A stretch of 64,000 nt of DNA. Source: the human T2T-CHM13v2.0 reference genome, Homo sapiens. The notes under the pieces are model-generated. The model did not search any database. It was given only the letters and a program-made list of their open reading frames with translations, and was not told the origin of the DNA. Of the stretch, positions 13,738-27,135 are shown one piece after another; position 1 is the first letter of the stretch, and every line of letters begins with the position of its first letter. The stretch lies in NCBI RefSeq assembly GCF_009914755.1, contig NC_060930.1; one strand, written 5' to 3'. The translations under genes and the position numbers were made by a program.

Positions 13738-13957
13738 TAGGTTTCCTCAACCTCAGTGGCATTACTGACATTTGGGTCCAGATAATTCTCTGTAATGGAA
13801 GAGACCATGCTGAGTGTTAGAAGATGTTTAGCAGCATCCCTGGCCTCTACCCACGAGATGCTACTAGTATCCTGTCAATTATGAGAACCAAAAATATCTC
13901 CAGAGATTGGTGAAATGTTCCCTGCAGGACAAAACTGTACCCACATGAGAACCATTG
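13738..13957 (+). mobile_element. MER20 (hAT-Charlie)
   Basis: 'tttagcagcatccctggcctctaccca...gagaaccattg'; 8-bp TSD atctaaag/gtctagag (NTCTAGAN-type target). Confidence 0.85.
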
Positions 13958-14029
13958 GTCTAGAGGCTTCTAAACAAAAAAAAAGTGTGTGTTTGGTTCT
14001 TTCTCTTTATATATAAGCCAAGTAAAATG

Positions 14030-14190
14030 AGAATAAAGAAAATATTCACATGAAATTTCTTGTGTAAGTGTTTAGCAAATAGCAAATGCTCAATTAATTT
14101 TAGCCAAGATGATTTGATGCAGGGATTAAATGTTACAATGTATGTAAATGATCTGGCATATATAAGGGAACTTTGATAAATGGTATTAAT
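14030..14190 (+). mobile_element. Two MIR 3' remnants
   Basis: 'tgtaagtgtttagcaaatagcaaatgctcaatt' and 'gggattaaatgttacaatgtatgtaaa...tgataaatggtatt'. Confidence 0.5.
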
Positions 14191-15752
14191 TTCTTGCAAG
14201 TCTACTCTTCTAACACAAATTACTACTTAAAAGCTTAACAGGCGTATAGTGTGATATAGTTATTTCACCTATAATAGTACTTTAAGTGCTAAGTGGAAAA
14301 TGAACAAACACATAATATGTAGAATATGTATGATATCTACAGATGTATATTTATTATTATATTTACATATTTATTATTTTTAAGAATGCACACAGCACAT
14401 AAGTCTTGATTGCATAATCCTTTGGTCACAAATATATTTTAGAAATATCTAGGAGTGAAGTGACAGATGTAAGTTTAACTTTTTAAGAAAAAACAGTTTT
14501 CTAAGTTGTATTATTTTGCATTCACACAAAAAGTTACAAATCCTCTCCAATACTTAGCATGATATGTATTTTTAATTTCAGTCATTTTAATGGAAAGTAG
14601 TGATATTCCATGTGGTTTGAATTTGCATTTTCCTGATAACTGGCAATGCAGCTAATATTTTTGGCCATTTGTATGTTTTCCATTGTGAAGTGTCTCTTCA
14701 AATCTTTTACTTTTTGTAAATTGAGTTGTTTGTCTTATTGTGGGTTGAAAGAGATTTCTAAAACCGTGGTAAAATATACATACCATAGAATTGAACACCT
14801 TAACCATTTTCAAGTGTGCAGTTCAGTAATGTTAAGTACATTCACATATTTGTTCAACTAATCTCCAGAAGTCTTTCCATGTTGTAAAACCAATTGAACA
14901 AAATTTCTTATTATCCCCTCTCCCCAGCTGCTGGCAACCAAATTCTCTATGAATTTGACTACTACAGGCACTTCGTATAAGTGAAATCATACAGTATTTG
15001 TCTGTTTTGTGATTGACTTATTTTATATGGCATAATGTCCCTCCACATTCATCCATGTTGTAGCATGTGTTAGAATGTCCTTCCTTTTAAAGACTGAATA
15101 AATATGCACCTAACACAGGAGCACCCAAATTTATAAAACAATTACTAATAGACCTAAGAAATGAGATAGACAGCAGCACAATAAGAGTGGGGACTTCAAT
15201 ACTCCACTGACAGCACTAGACAGGTCATCAAGACAGAAAGTCAACAAAGAAACAATGGATTTAAACTGTACCTTGGAGCAAATGGACTTAACAGACATAT
15301 ACAGAACATTTCATCCAACAACTGCAGCATACCCATTCTATTCAACAGCACATGGAACTTTCTCCAAGATAGACAATATGATAGGCCATAAAACGAGCCT
15401 CAATGAATTTAAGAAAATTGAAATTATAGCAAGCACTCTCTCAGACCACAGTGGAATAAAACTGGAAATCAACCTCAAAAGGAACCTTCAGAACCATGCA
15501 AATACATGGAAATTAAATAACCTGCTCCTCAATGAGCCTTGGGTCAAAAATGAAATCAAGATGAAAATTTAAACATTCTTCAAACTGAATGACAATAATG
15601 ACACAACCCAATCTATCAAAACCTCTGGGATACAGCAAAGGCAGTGCTAAGAGAAAAGTTCGTAGCCCTAAGTGCCTGCATTGAAAAGACTGAAAGAGCA
15701 CAAATTGACATTCTAAGGTCACACCTCAAGCAACTAGGAAAACCCAGAACAA

Positions 15753-16094
<342 letters not shown>

Positions 16095-17365
16095 TTACCA
16101 AGATAAGAGTAGAACTAAATGAAACTGAAACAAACAAACAAACAAAATACAAAAGATAAATGAAACAAAAAACTTGATCTTTGAAAAGATAAATAAAGTT
16201 GATAGACCATTAGCAAGATTAACCAAGAAAAGAAGAGAGAAAATCCAAATGACCTCACTAAGAAACAAAACAGGAGATATTACAACTGACACTACAGAGA
16301 TACAAAAGATCATTCAAGGCTACTATGAACACCTTTACACACATAAACTAGAAAACCTAGAAGAGATGGGTAAATTCCTGGAAAAATACAACCCTCCTAG
16401 CTTAAATCAGGAAGAATTAGATACCTTGAGCAGACCAATAACAAGCAGCAAGATTAAAATGGTAATTAAAAAATTACCAAACAAAAAAGTCCAGGACCAG
16501 GCGGATTCACAGCAGAATTTTACCAAACATTCAAAGAATTGATACCAATCCTTTTGACACTATTCCACAAGATAGAAAAAGAAGGAATCCTCTCTAATTC
16601 ATTTTATGAAGCCAGCATCATGCTAATACCCAAACCAGGAAAGGCCATAACCAAAAAGAAAATTACAGACCAATACTTATGATGAACATTGATGCTAAAA
16701 TCCTTAACAAAATACTAGCTAACTTAATCCAACAACATATCAAAAAGATAATCCACCATGATCAAATAGGTTTTGTACCAGGAATGCAGGGATGGTTTAA
16801 CATATGCAAGTCAATAAATGTGATGCACCACATAAACAGAGTTAAAAACAAAAATCACATGATCATCTCAATAGATGCTGAAAAAGCATTAGACAAAATC
16901 CAGCATTCCTTTAAGATTAAAACTCTCAGCAAAATCAACATATAAGGGACATACCTTAATGTAATAAAAGTCATCTATGACAAACCCACAGCCAACATAA
17001 TACTGAATGGAGAAAGATTGAAAGCACTCCCTCTGAGAACTGGAACAGGACAAGAATGCCCACTCTCACCACTCCTCTTCAACATAGTACTGGAAGTCCT
17101 AGTTAGAGCAATCAGACAAAAGAAAGAAATAACGGGTATCAGAATCCATAAAGAGAAAACGAACCTGTCACTGTTTGCTGATGATATGATCATTTACCTT
17201 GAAAACCCTAAGGACTCCTCCAGAAAGCTCCTAGAACTGATAAAAGAATTCAGCAAAGTTTCTGGATACAAGATTAATGTACACAAATCAGTAGCTTTTC
17301 TATACACCAACAGTGACCAAGCAGAGAATCAAATCAAGAACTCAACCTCTTTTACAATAGCTGCA

Positions 17366-17415
17366 AAAATAAAATAAAATAAAATAAAATAAAATAAAAT
17401 AAAATAAAATAAAAT
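17366..17415 (+). repeat. (AAAAT)n microsatellite inside L1PB1 ORF2
   Basis: About 10 perfect pentamers. Confidence 0.95.
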
Positions 17416-17992
17416 ACTTAGGAATATACCTAATGAGGGAATCTAAAGACCTCTACAAGGAAAACTACAAAATGCTGCTGAAAGAAATCATAGATGACAC
17501 AAACAAATAGAAACACATCCCATGCTCATGGATGGGTAAAATTAATATTGTGAAAATGACCATACTGCCAAAGCAATCTACAAATTCAACACAATCCCCA
17601 TCAAAATACCACCATCATTCTTCACAGAATTAGAACAATTCTAAAATTCACATGGAACCAAAAAAGAGCCCATGTAGCCAAAGCAAGACTAACCAAAAAG
17701 AACAAATCTGGAGACATCATACTACCTGATTTCAACCTATACTATAATGCCATAGTCACCAAAACAGCATGGTACTGGTAGAAAAATAAGCACATCGACC
17801 AATGGAACAGAATAGAGAACCCAGAAAGAAACCCAAAGACTTACAGCCAACTGATCTTTGACAAAACAAACAAAAACATACAGTGGGGAAAGGACACCCT
17901 TTTCAACAAATGATGCTGGGATAATTGGCTAGCCACATGTAGGAGAATTAAACTGGGTCCTCATCTCTCACCTTGTACAAAAATCAACTCAA

Positions 17993-18257
17993 GGCCAGGC
18001 GCAGTGGCTCAGGCCTGTAATCCCAGCACTTTGGGAGGCTGAAGCAGGTGGATCACGAGGTCAGGAGATCAAGACCATCCTGGCCAACATAGTGAAACTC
18101 CATCTCTACTAAAAATATAAAAATTAGCTGGGTGTGGTGGCATGTGCCTATAGTCCCAGCTACTCATGAGGCTGAAGCAGGAGAACTGCTTGAACCTGAG
18201 AGGCGGAGGTTGCAGTCAGCCCAGATTGTGCCACTGAACTCCAGCAAGACTCTGTCT

Positions 18258-18293
<36 letters not shown>
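17993..18293 (+). mobile_element. AluSc-like, with a short deletion near the 3' end
   Basis: 'gatcacgaggtcaggagatcaagaccatcctggccaac'; 'tccagc|aagactc' lacks the usual ctggcgacagag segment; long poly-A. Confidence 0.88.
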
Positions 18294-18297
<4 letters not shown>

Positions 18298-19938
18298 AAA
18301 TGGATTAAGGACTTAAACCTAAGACCTGAAACTACAAAAATTCTAGAAGATAACATTGAAAAAACCCTTCTAGACATTGGGTTAGGCAAGGGTTTCATGA
18401 CCAAGAACCTAAAAGCAAATGCAGTAAAAACAAAGATAAACAGCTGGGACCTAATTAAACTAAAGAGCTTTTGCATGGCAAAAGGAACAGTCAGCAGAGT
18501 AAACAGAAAACCCACAGAGTGGAAGAAAATCTTCACAATCTATACATCTGGCAAAGGACTAATATCCAGAATCTACAATAAACTCAAACAAATTGGTAAG
18601 AAAAAAAAAACAATCCCATCAAAAGTGGGCTAAGGACATGAACAGACAGTTCTCAAAAGAAGATATACAAATGGCCAATAAACATAAGAAAAATGCTCAA
18701 CATCACTAATGATCAGGGAAATGCAAATAAAAACCACAATGCATACCACCTTACTCCTGCAAGAATGGCCATAATCAAAAATTCAAAAAACAGTAGAGGT
18801 TGGCATGGATGCAGTGAACAGGGAACACTTCTACACTGCTGGTGGGAATGTAAACTAGTACAGCCACTGTGGAAAACAGTGTAGAGATTCCTTACAGAAC
18901 TAAAAGTAGAACTACCATTTGATCTAGCAATCCCACTACTAGGTATCTGCCCAGAAGAAAAGAAGTCATTATACGGAAAAGGTACTTGCATATGCATGTT
19001 TATAGCAGCACAATTCACAAGAGCAAAATCGTGGAACCAACCCAAATACCCATCAATCAACAAGTAGATAAAGAAGCTGTGGTATATATATATATGATGG
19101 AATACTATGCAGCCATAAAAAGGAATGAATTAACAGCATTTGCAGTGACCTGGATGAGGTTGGAGACTATTATTCTAACTGAAGTAACTCAGGAATGGAA
19201 AACCAAACATCATATGTTCTCACTGATATGTGGGAGATAAGCTATGAGGATTCAAAGGCATAAGAATGACACAATGGACTTTGAGGACTTGGAGGGAAGA
19301 GTAGGAGCGGGGCAAGGGATAAAAAACTACAAATATGGTGCAGTGTATACTGCTTTGGTGATGGGTGACCAATATCTCACAAATCACCAGTAAAGAACTT
19401 ACTCATGTAACCAAATGCCACCTGTACAGCAATAACATGAAAAAATAAAAAAATTAAAATAAAAATAGAATAAAGTCTTTATAATAAAAAAAATTCAAAA
19501 AGGCTGAATAATATTCCACAGTATGTATAGACATTTTATTTATCTGTTTATCAGCTGGTGGTCCCTTGGGTTGGTTGCTTCTACCTTTTGGCTATTGTGA
19601 TAACGCTGCTATAAATATAAGTGTACAAATATCTTTTCAAGACTTCACTTTCAGTTCTTTTGGGTGTAAACTCAGAAGTGAAATAGCTGGATCATATGGC
19701 AATTCTATTTTTAATTTTTTGAGTAACTGTCATACAGTTTTCCATAGCAGTGACAGCAGTTTGCATTCCTTTGAAAGAATATTTTATACATTCTGAGTGC
19801 ACACCTTTTATTGATATGTGCTGCAAAAATTTCTCCCAGGCTGTGGTTTGCCTTATATTTTCAAAATATACATTTTGAAGGGCAAAAGTTTTTAAATATT
19901 ATTCAATTTATCAATTTTTCTCATATTGTTTATCTTCT

Positions 19939-20215
19939 TTTTTTTTTTTTTTTTTAACAGAGTCTCACTCTGTCGCTCAGGCTGGAGTGCAGTGGCGTGA
20001 TCTCCGCTCATTGCAAGCTCCACCTCCTGGGTTCATATTCACACCATTCTCCTGCCTTAGCCTCCTGAGTAGCTGGGACTACAGGCACCTGCCACCACAC
20101 CTGGGTAATTTTTTTTTGTATTTTTAGTAGAGATGGGGTTTCACCATGTTAGCCAGGATGGTCTCGATCTCCTGACCTCGTGATCTGCCCACCTTGGCCT
20201 CCCAAAGTGCTGGGA
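19939..20215 (-). mobile_element. AluY, 5'-truncated by ~28 nt
   Basis: 'gcaagctccacctcc', 'ttagccaggatggtctcgatc'; TSD tttatcttct (19929-19938, 20218-20227). Confidence 0.9.
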
Positions 20216-20496
20216 TATTTATCTTCTAAGTTGTCTACCCAGAACCTCAAAGATTTCTTCCTGTATTCTTTTAGAAGTTAGTTTTACAATTGCAACTCTT
20301 GCATTTAGTCTGTGATTCACTTTGAGGTAAGTTTTGTGTATGGTATGAGGTAAGGGTCAATTTAGAGTCTTTTTCTATATGAATATTTAGTTGGGCTCAC
20401 AATATTTGGTAACGACGTTTCTTTCCCCATTTATTAATCTCAGCATCTTTGTTGATGTCAATTGGCCATGAATGTGTGGGACTGTATTTCTGTACT

Positions 20497-21588
20497 TGTT
20501 GCGGGAAGTCAGGAACCCTGAATGGAGGGACTGGCTGAAGCCATGGCAGAAGAACATAAATTGTGAAGATTTCATGGACATTTATTAGTTCCCCAAATTA
20601 ATACTTTTATAATTTCTTACACCTGTCTTTACTGCAATCTCTGAACATAAACTGTGAAGATTTCATGGACACTTATATCACTTCCCCAATCAATACCCTT
20701 GTGATTTCCTATGCCTGTCTTTACTTTAATCTCTTAATCCCATCATCTTCGCAAGCTGAGGAGGATGTATGTTGCCTCAGGACCCTGTGATAATTGCGTT
20801 AACTGCACAAATTGTTTGTAGAGCATGTGTGTTTGAACAATATGAAATCTGGGCACCTTGAAAAAAGAACAGGATAACAGCAATGTTCAGGGAACAAGAG
20901 AGACAACCTTAAACTCTGACTGCCGGTGAGCCAGGTGGAACAGAGCCATATTTCTCTTCTTTCAAAAGCAAATGGGAGAAATATCACTGAATTATTTTTC
21001 TCAGCAAGGAACATCCCTGAGAAAGAGAATGTGTCCCTGAGGGTAGGTCTCTGAAATGGCTGCTTTAGGGGTGGCTGTCTTTTACGGTCTCAGCTGTAGG
21101 GATGAAATAAGCCCCAGTCTCCCATAGTGCTCCCAGGCTTATTAGGATGAGGAAATTCCCACCTAATAAATTTTGGTCAGACCTGTTGTCTGCTCTCAAA
21201 CCCTGTCTCCTGATAAGATGTTATCAATGACAATGCATGCCTGAAACTTCATTAGCAATTTTAATTTCACCCTGGTCCTGTGGTCCTGTGATCTCACCCT
21301 GCCTCCATTTGCCTTGTGATATCTTACTACCTTGTGAAGCGTGTGATCTCCGTGACCCACACCCTATTCATACACTCCCTCCCCTTTTGAAAATCACTAA
21401 TAAAAACTTGCTGGTTTTACGGCTCAGGGGGCATCATGGAACCTGCCGACATGTGATGTCTCCGCCAGACACCCAGCTTTAAAATTTCTCTCTTTTGTAC
21501 TCTGTCTCTTTATTTCTCAGACTGGCCAACACTTAGGGAAAATAGAAAAGAACCTACATGAAATATCGGGGGTGAATTTTGCCCGATA
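20497..21588 (+). mobile_element. MER11 LTR (HERV-K11/HML-8), MER11B/C-like
   Basis: tgttgcgggaagtcagg...gccatggcagaagaacataaattgtgaagatttcatggac...gaaatatcgggggtgaattttgcccgata; AATAAA near 21398. Confidence 0.92.
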
Positions 21589-21597
21589 TCTGGTGCC
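21589..21597 (+). other. Truncated tRNA-Lys primer-binding-site stub
   Basis: tctggtgcc directly after the LTR end, matching the start of the HERV-K PBS TGGCGCCC with CpG decay. Confidence 0.65.
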
Positions 21598-21719
21598 TTA
21601 ATATTACTGCATGTGAGTTAACACAATCTCCCCAAATTAAAGTTTTAGATGGGCCCTCAACATTTTTAGGGCATGGTTTTCCTGCAGGTTTATATTGAAA
21701 GTATGGGTATCTCCCATTA
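21598..21719 (-). pseudogene. Inverted HERV-K env (SU) fragment
   Basis: Minus strand 21706-21599 translates PYFQYKPAGKPCPKNVEGPSKTLIWGDCVNSHAVIL, matching the recalled HML-2 Env pattern KGKPCPK...LVWEECVANSAVIL. Confidence 0.85.
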
Positions 21720-22204
21720 TGTACTCCATTGTTCCATTGACTTATTTCTGGCCTTTCACTAACACCAAGCTGTCTTGATTTTTACAACTCTGTAGTTAGT
21801 CTTGAAATCAGATAAGGCAAGTCTTCCAACTTTGTTCTTATTTATAAAAATAGTTTTATGTATTCTATGCCCTTGACTTTCCATGTACATTTGAGATTTT
21901 TCTTGCCAATTTATACAAAAACCTTAATGAAACTTAGGATTGTAGCCAATGTATAAATTAATTTGGTGAGAATTTTCATCTTAACAATATTAAGTTTTCC
22001 AATCCATGAATGTGATGTATTGCTCCTTTTATTTAGGTATTTTTTTTTCTCTTTTTCAGTAATGTTTTGAGGTATAGATTTTGAAAATTTTTGTTAGATT
22101 TTTCTTAAATATCATGTATTTTTCATGCTACTATGTGTGGAATTTTAAAATTTCCAATTTCCAGTTGCTTGCTGCCAATTTATGAATACAATTAATTTCT
22201 ACAA

Positions 22205-23125
22205 TTTATTTTAATTGGCAAACATTATATATATTTATGTGTACAACACAGTGTTTTAATTTATGTACACATTGTGGAATGGTAAATCAAGCTAATTAAG
22301 ATATGCATTACCTCATGTACTTGTCAGTTTATTTGTAGCAATAACAATTAAAATCTACTCTTTTAGCAATTTTTAAGTATACAATATGTAGTCATATTGT
22401 TATTAACTATAGTCACCATGATATACAATAGAGCAGTTTAACTTATTTTTTTCTGTATAGCTGAAATGTTGTGTCCTTTGACTAACATCTCCCCAATTTC
22501 CCCACCCCCCAGCCTCTAGTGACCGCCATTTTGCTCTCTATTTCTACCCTATTTCTATGAATTTGACTTTTTTAGATTCAGCATATGAGTGAGATCATGC
22601 AGTATTTGTCTTTCTGTGCCTGGTGGCTTATTTTATTTAATATGATGTCCTCCAGGTTTATCTATGTTGTGACAAATGACAAGATTCCTTATTTATTTCT
22701 TTCTTTATTTTATTATTATTATACTTTAAGTTTTAGGGTACATGTGCACAATGTGCAGGTTAGTTACATATTTATACATGTGCCATGCTGGTGTGCTGCA
22801 CCCATTAACTCGTCATTTAGCATTAGGTATATCTCCTAATGCTATCCCTCTGCCCTCCACCTACCCCACAACAGTCCCCAGAGTGTGATGTTTTATTAAA
22901 GCTAAATAGTATTCCATTTTGTATGTATACCACATTTTCTTTATCCATTTATCTGTTAACAGACCCTTAGGTTGATTCCATATTTTGGTTATTGTGAATA
23001 GTGCTGCAATGAACATGGAAGTGCAGATATCTCTTTGACATCCTGATTTTATATCCTTTGGATATACACCCAGTAATGGGATTGCTGGGTCACGTGGTAG
23101 TTCTACTTTTAATTTTTTGAGAAAC
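22205..23125 (-). mobile_element. L1MA-type 3' fragment
   Basis: 'acattgtggaatggtaaatcaagctaattaa...aaaatctactcttttagcaatttt'. Confidence 0.8.
22690..22910 (-). mobile_element. Very short L1PA3-like 3' end inserted in L1MA
   Basis: 'tatactttaagttttagggtacatgtgcacaatgtgcagg...cacaacagtccccagagtgtgatg'; GAG (non-Ta) diagnostic. Confidence 0.88.
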
Positions 23126-23760
23126 TGATTTTCGTATTTTAACCTATTTCCTGTAACTTTGCTAAAATCACTTCTTGCTTCTGGTAGATTTCTGAGATTT
23201 TTCTCAGAACAATCATACCTTCTGCAAATAGAAAAATAGGGATAGTTTTTATCTTTTTTTTTTTCACAATGTTTATGATTTTTCTTGATTAGTTTTGCCT
23301 TGTTATAATGACTAATACTTCCAATTCATTATTAAATACAAGTGGTTAAAGTGTGCCTCTTTGCCTTGTTTTTGATCTTAGGGGGAACAATTTAGTCTTT
23401 GTCCATTAGGCATGATGTTAGCTCTGGGTTTTTTGTAGTTTCCCTTTTTCAATTTAAAAATTTTATTCCTATTTGCTAGTTGGTTGAGAGATTTTAGATT
23501 GAATTTTGTCAAATGGTATATGTACGTGTATTGAAGTGATGAAATAGGTTTCTCTTTTATTCTTAATATAGTAAATTACATTGATTTTCACATGTTAAAG
23601 CAAACTTGAGTTCCTATAATACATTAATTAGTATTGATGCATTATTGGATTAAGTTTGTGAATATTTGGTTAAGGATTTTTTTTATCTAAAGGCATAAAA
23701 TACCTCTATTGTATTATTTGTAATTGTAATATTCTCTATTTTTTGTAAAATTTAGTGTAA

Positions 23761-24144
<384 letters not shown>

Positions 24145-26989
24145 TGATAGACTTCACCAGTGAAGCCATCTGGAACTGAAATTTTCCTTTTAGAAAGATT
24201 TTTGATAGTTAATTCAATTCCTTTAATAGCTGTTAGGTTATTCATATCATCTGTTTCTTCTTGTGTAAATTGTATTTTTCAAAAATTTTTTAAAATTTCA
24301 TCTAAGTTTTCAAATTTGTTGGCACGAAATTATAATATATATTGTTATAATATATTATATATAAGATAATATTGTATATTATCTTATTATCCTTTTAATA
24401 TCTTAGGGATCTGTGGTGTAAATCTCTTTTTCTTTCCTAATATTGGAGACTTGTATTCTCTTTCTTTTTATCTGATCAATCTAGCTAAGAATTTGTTGAT
24501 TTTATTATCTTTTCAAAGAACTAAGTTTTGGCTTTGTTAATTTCCTCATTGTTTTTCTGTGTTTTTATTACATTGATTTCTGTACTTACATTTATTATTT
24601 CTTCCTTTTACTTGTTTTAGGTTTACTTTCTACCTTTATTGCTTTTTAAGATAGAACTTTAAGTCATTTTTAATGTTTAATATGTACATTTAAACCTATA
24701 AATTTCCCTTTAGACACTGCTTTCCACAAATGTCGGCATGTTTTATTTTTGTTGTTTTCCATTCAAAATGTATCTTAATTTCTGTTGTAATATTGTCTTT
24801 GACCCAAGCATTATTTCAAAGCATGCTATTTAGTTTTCATATATGTGAAGTTTTCTGAGGTATCTTGTTATTGATTTCAAATGTAATTGTTTTGATCAGC
24901 AACTTGCTGTGCATGATTTTAAACTTTATGAATACTAATTTAATGGTCCAGCATATCATCTAATTTGGTGAGTATATCACGAGACATAAAAGAACATGAA
25001 ATCTGCAATTGTTAAATATAGTATTCTATAAGTATCGATTAGGTGAAGGTGGTTTATAATGTTGCTCAACTATTCCATGACCTTACCAATTTTGTTTTAT
25101 TTAATTATTCAATCCATTGCTAAGAGAAGAATGATATAATGCACTAGTATTATCTAGTTCTCCCTCTAACTCTATCAATTTTTACTCCATTATTTTGAAG
25201 CTGTTTCATTAAGCACAGTTACAATTTTTGTCCTCCTGTTGAACTTTTCTTTTATCAATATGAAATGTCCCTCTTTACGTCTGACAATTATTTTTTGTCT
25301 TGAAGTGTATTTAGTCTGCTATGAATTTATCTACCATAGCCTTCTCATACTTATTATTTGCATGGTATATGGTTTCCCATTCACTTAGTTCTAACCTCCT
25401 TGGGTATTTTTATTTAAAGGATTTTCCTTATAGGTAGTACTTACTTGCTTCAATTTAGTTCTACTCCCTTAATTTTTTTGTTTTCTGTTTTTCTTTTCCT
25501 CTCTTCCCACTTTCTTTCCTTCTTTTGGATTATTTGAATATTTAAAATATTTTAATTGACTTCTCAGCATTTTTGGTTCTATTTCTTTGCACTGTTTTCT
25601 TATTGGTGGCTTATTGGGGATTATAATATACATATTTAATCTTTCATAGTCCACTTAGAGCTAAAATTGTACCATGTCGCATAAATGTAGAAACCTAGCA
25701 AAAAGGTCCCATTGCCCAAACCCACTCTGGTTTACACTAAATTTTTATACTTATTAACTGTATGTATTTTGACAACCCCGTCATATGTTATACTTTTGCT
25801 TTAAATATTTTCATATATAAACTAAAGAGTTAAATGTAGTGTTTAAATTAAGCTAGATATATACTATTTTTGAGCCTCTTTTTCAACTTCTGAAGATCGT
25901 AGTTTCCCTCTGGGGTCATTTTTCTTCAGTTGGAATAAACTCTTTTACCATTCTTTATAAACAGGTTTGCTGATAACAAATTCTCTTAGTTTTACTTTGT
26001 CTAAAAATGTTTCCTCTGAAACGTTGAAGGATACTTTATGTAGGGATAAAATTTTGTTTTAAATTTTTCACTTACAGTCCTTTGTAAACATTCTCCATTT
26101 TCTTCTGACAAGAAATTTACAGCAGCATATCATATTTTCTCTAGTTGTTTCTCATACTTTATCTTTGATGTTTAACAGATTGATTATGATGTATGCAGGC
26201 ACTGATTTCTTTGAAATTACCCTATTTAGATTTGCTGAGCTTCTTAAATTGTAAATTTGTAAATTTATGTCTTTCACCTAATTTGGGATTGTTTCATTAT
26301 TTCTTCAAATATTATTTCTTCCCAATGTAGTCGCAGTGGAATTCAAATTATATTTTGTTTTTAATATTATCTCACAGGTTTCTGAGACTCATTTAATTTT
26401 TTTATCAATTTTTTTCTGTTTTCCAAATTGGATAATTTCTTCTATGAACCATCCTCAAGTTAACTGACTTTTTCTCTTCAATTCCATTCTTATATTAAGT
26501 CCATCTGATACATTTTTAATTCAGATATTTTATTTTTAAATTATTAAATTTCTTTTGTACCTATATGTAGTTCCATTTCCCTGTGGAAATTTTCTGTCTT
26601 TTCATGTATTAAAAAAAATCATTTTTTTCCACATTGTTCTTTGTTATGCTTGCTGTTTTAAACTCTTTGTCTGATAATTCCAACATCTGCTCATTATTTT
26701 TTTCCCCTCCAGTTTTTCAGGTTCTTTTTCTGTTGAATAAGTTTGATATGTATCCTCACATTGTAATTGTTGTATTGTGTAGTCACTGGGTTCTGCTACA
26801 ATCCTCTGGAAAATCTTGGGTTTTGGTGTTAGCTGGATACTAATTCAGTTAGTTCAGACTGCAAATTCTCTTTCACCTCGTGTTTAGTTTTTCAAATCTC
26901 AGTTTAGTTCTCAAAGACTTTGCTATGAAGATTCAAATTCTTCCATTTGATTTTAAAGATAAAAAATCCTATTTATCTGCTGAAGTTCT

Positions 26990-27135
26990 GATTTTATAAT
27001 GGAAATTAATTTTATAATGGAAATTAAACTTTATAATGGAAATTTAAAATTTTTGTCATATTGTCATTGTGCATTTTAATTAAAAAAGTATAATGGAAAT
27101 TTAAAAATTTACTTAATGTCATTGTGCTTATTAAT
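26990..27135. repeat. Local imperfect duplications (tataatggaaatt x4, tgtcattgtgc x2)
   Basis: Directly visible. Confidence 0.8.

Noticed and set aside
20550-20680. Direct repeat 'gaacataaa(t/c)tgtgaagatttcatggaca' in the LTR
   Set aside because: As I recall it, part of the normal MER11 U3 structure
22700-22910. Second L1Hs copy or duplicate of 58400-58580
   Set aside because: Has the older GAG/A diagnostics (L1PA3-like); independent insertion
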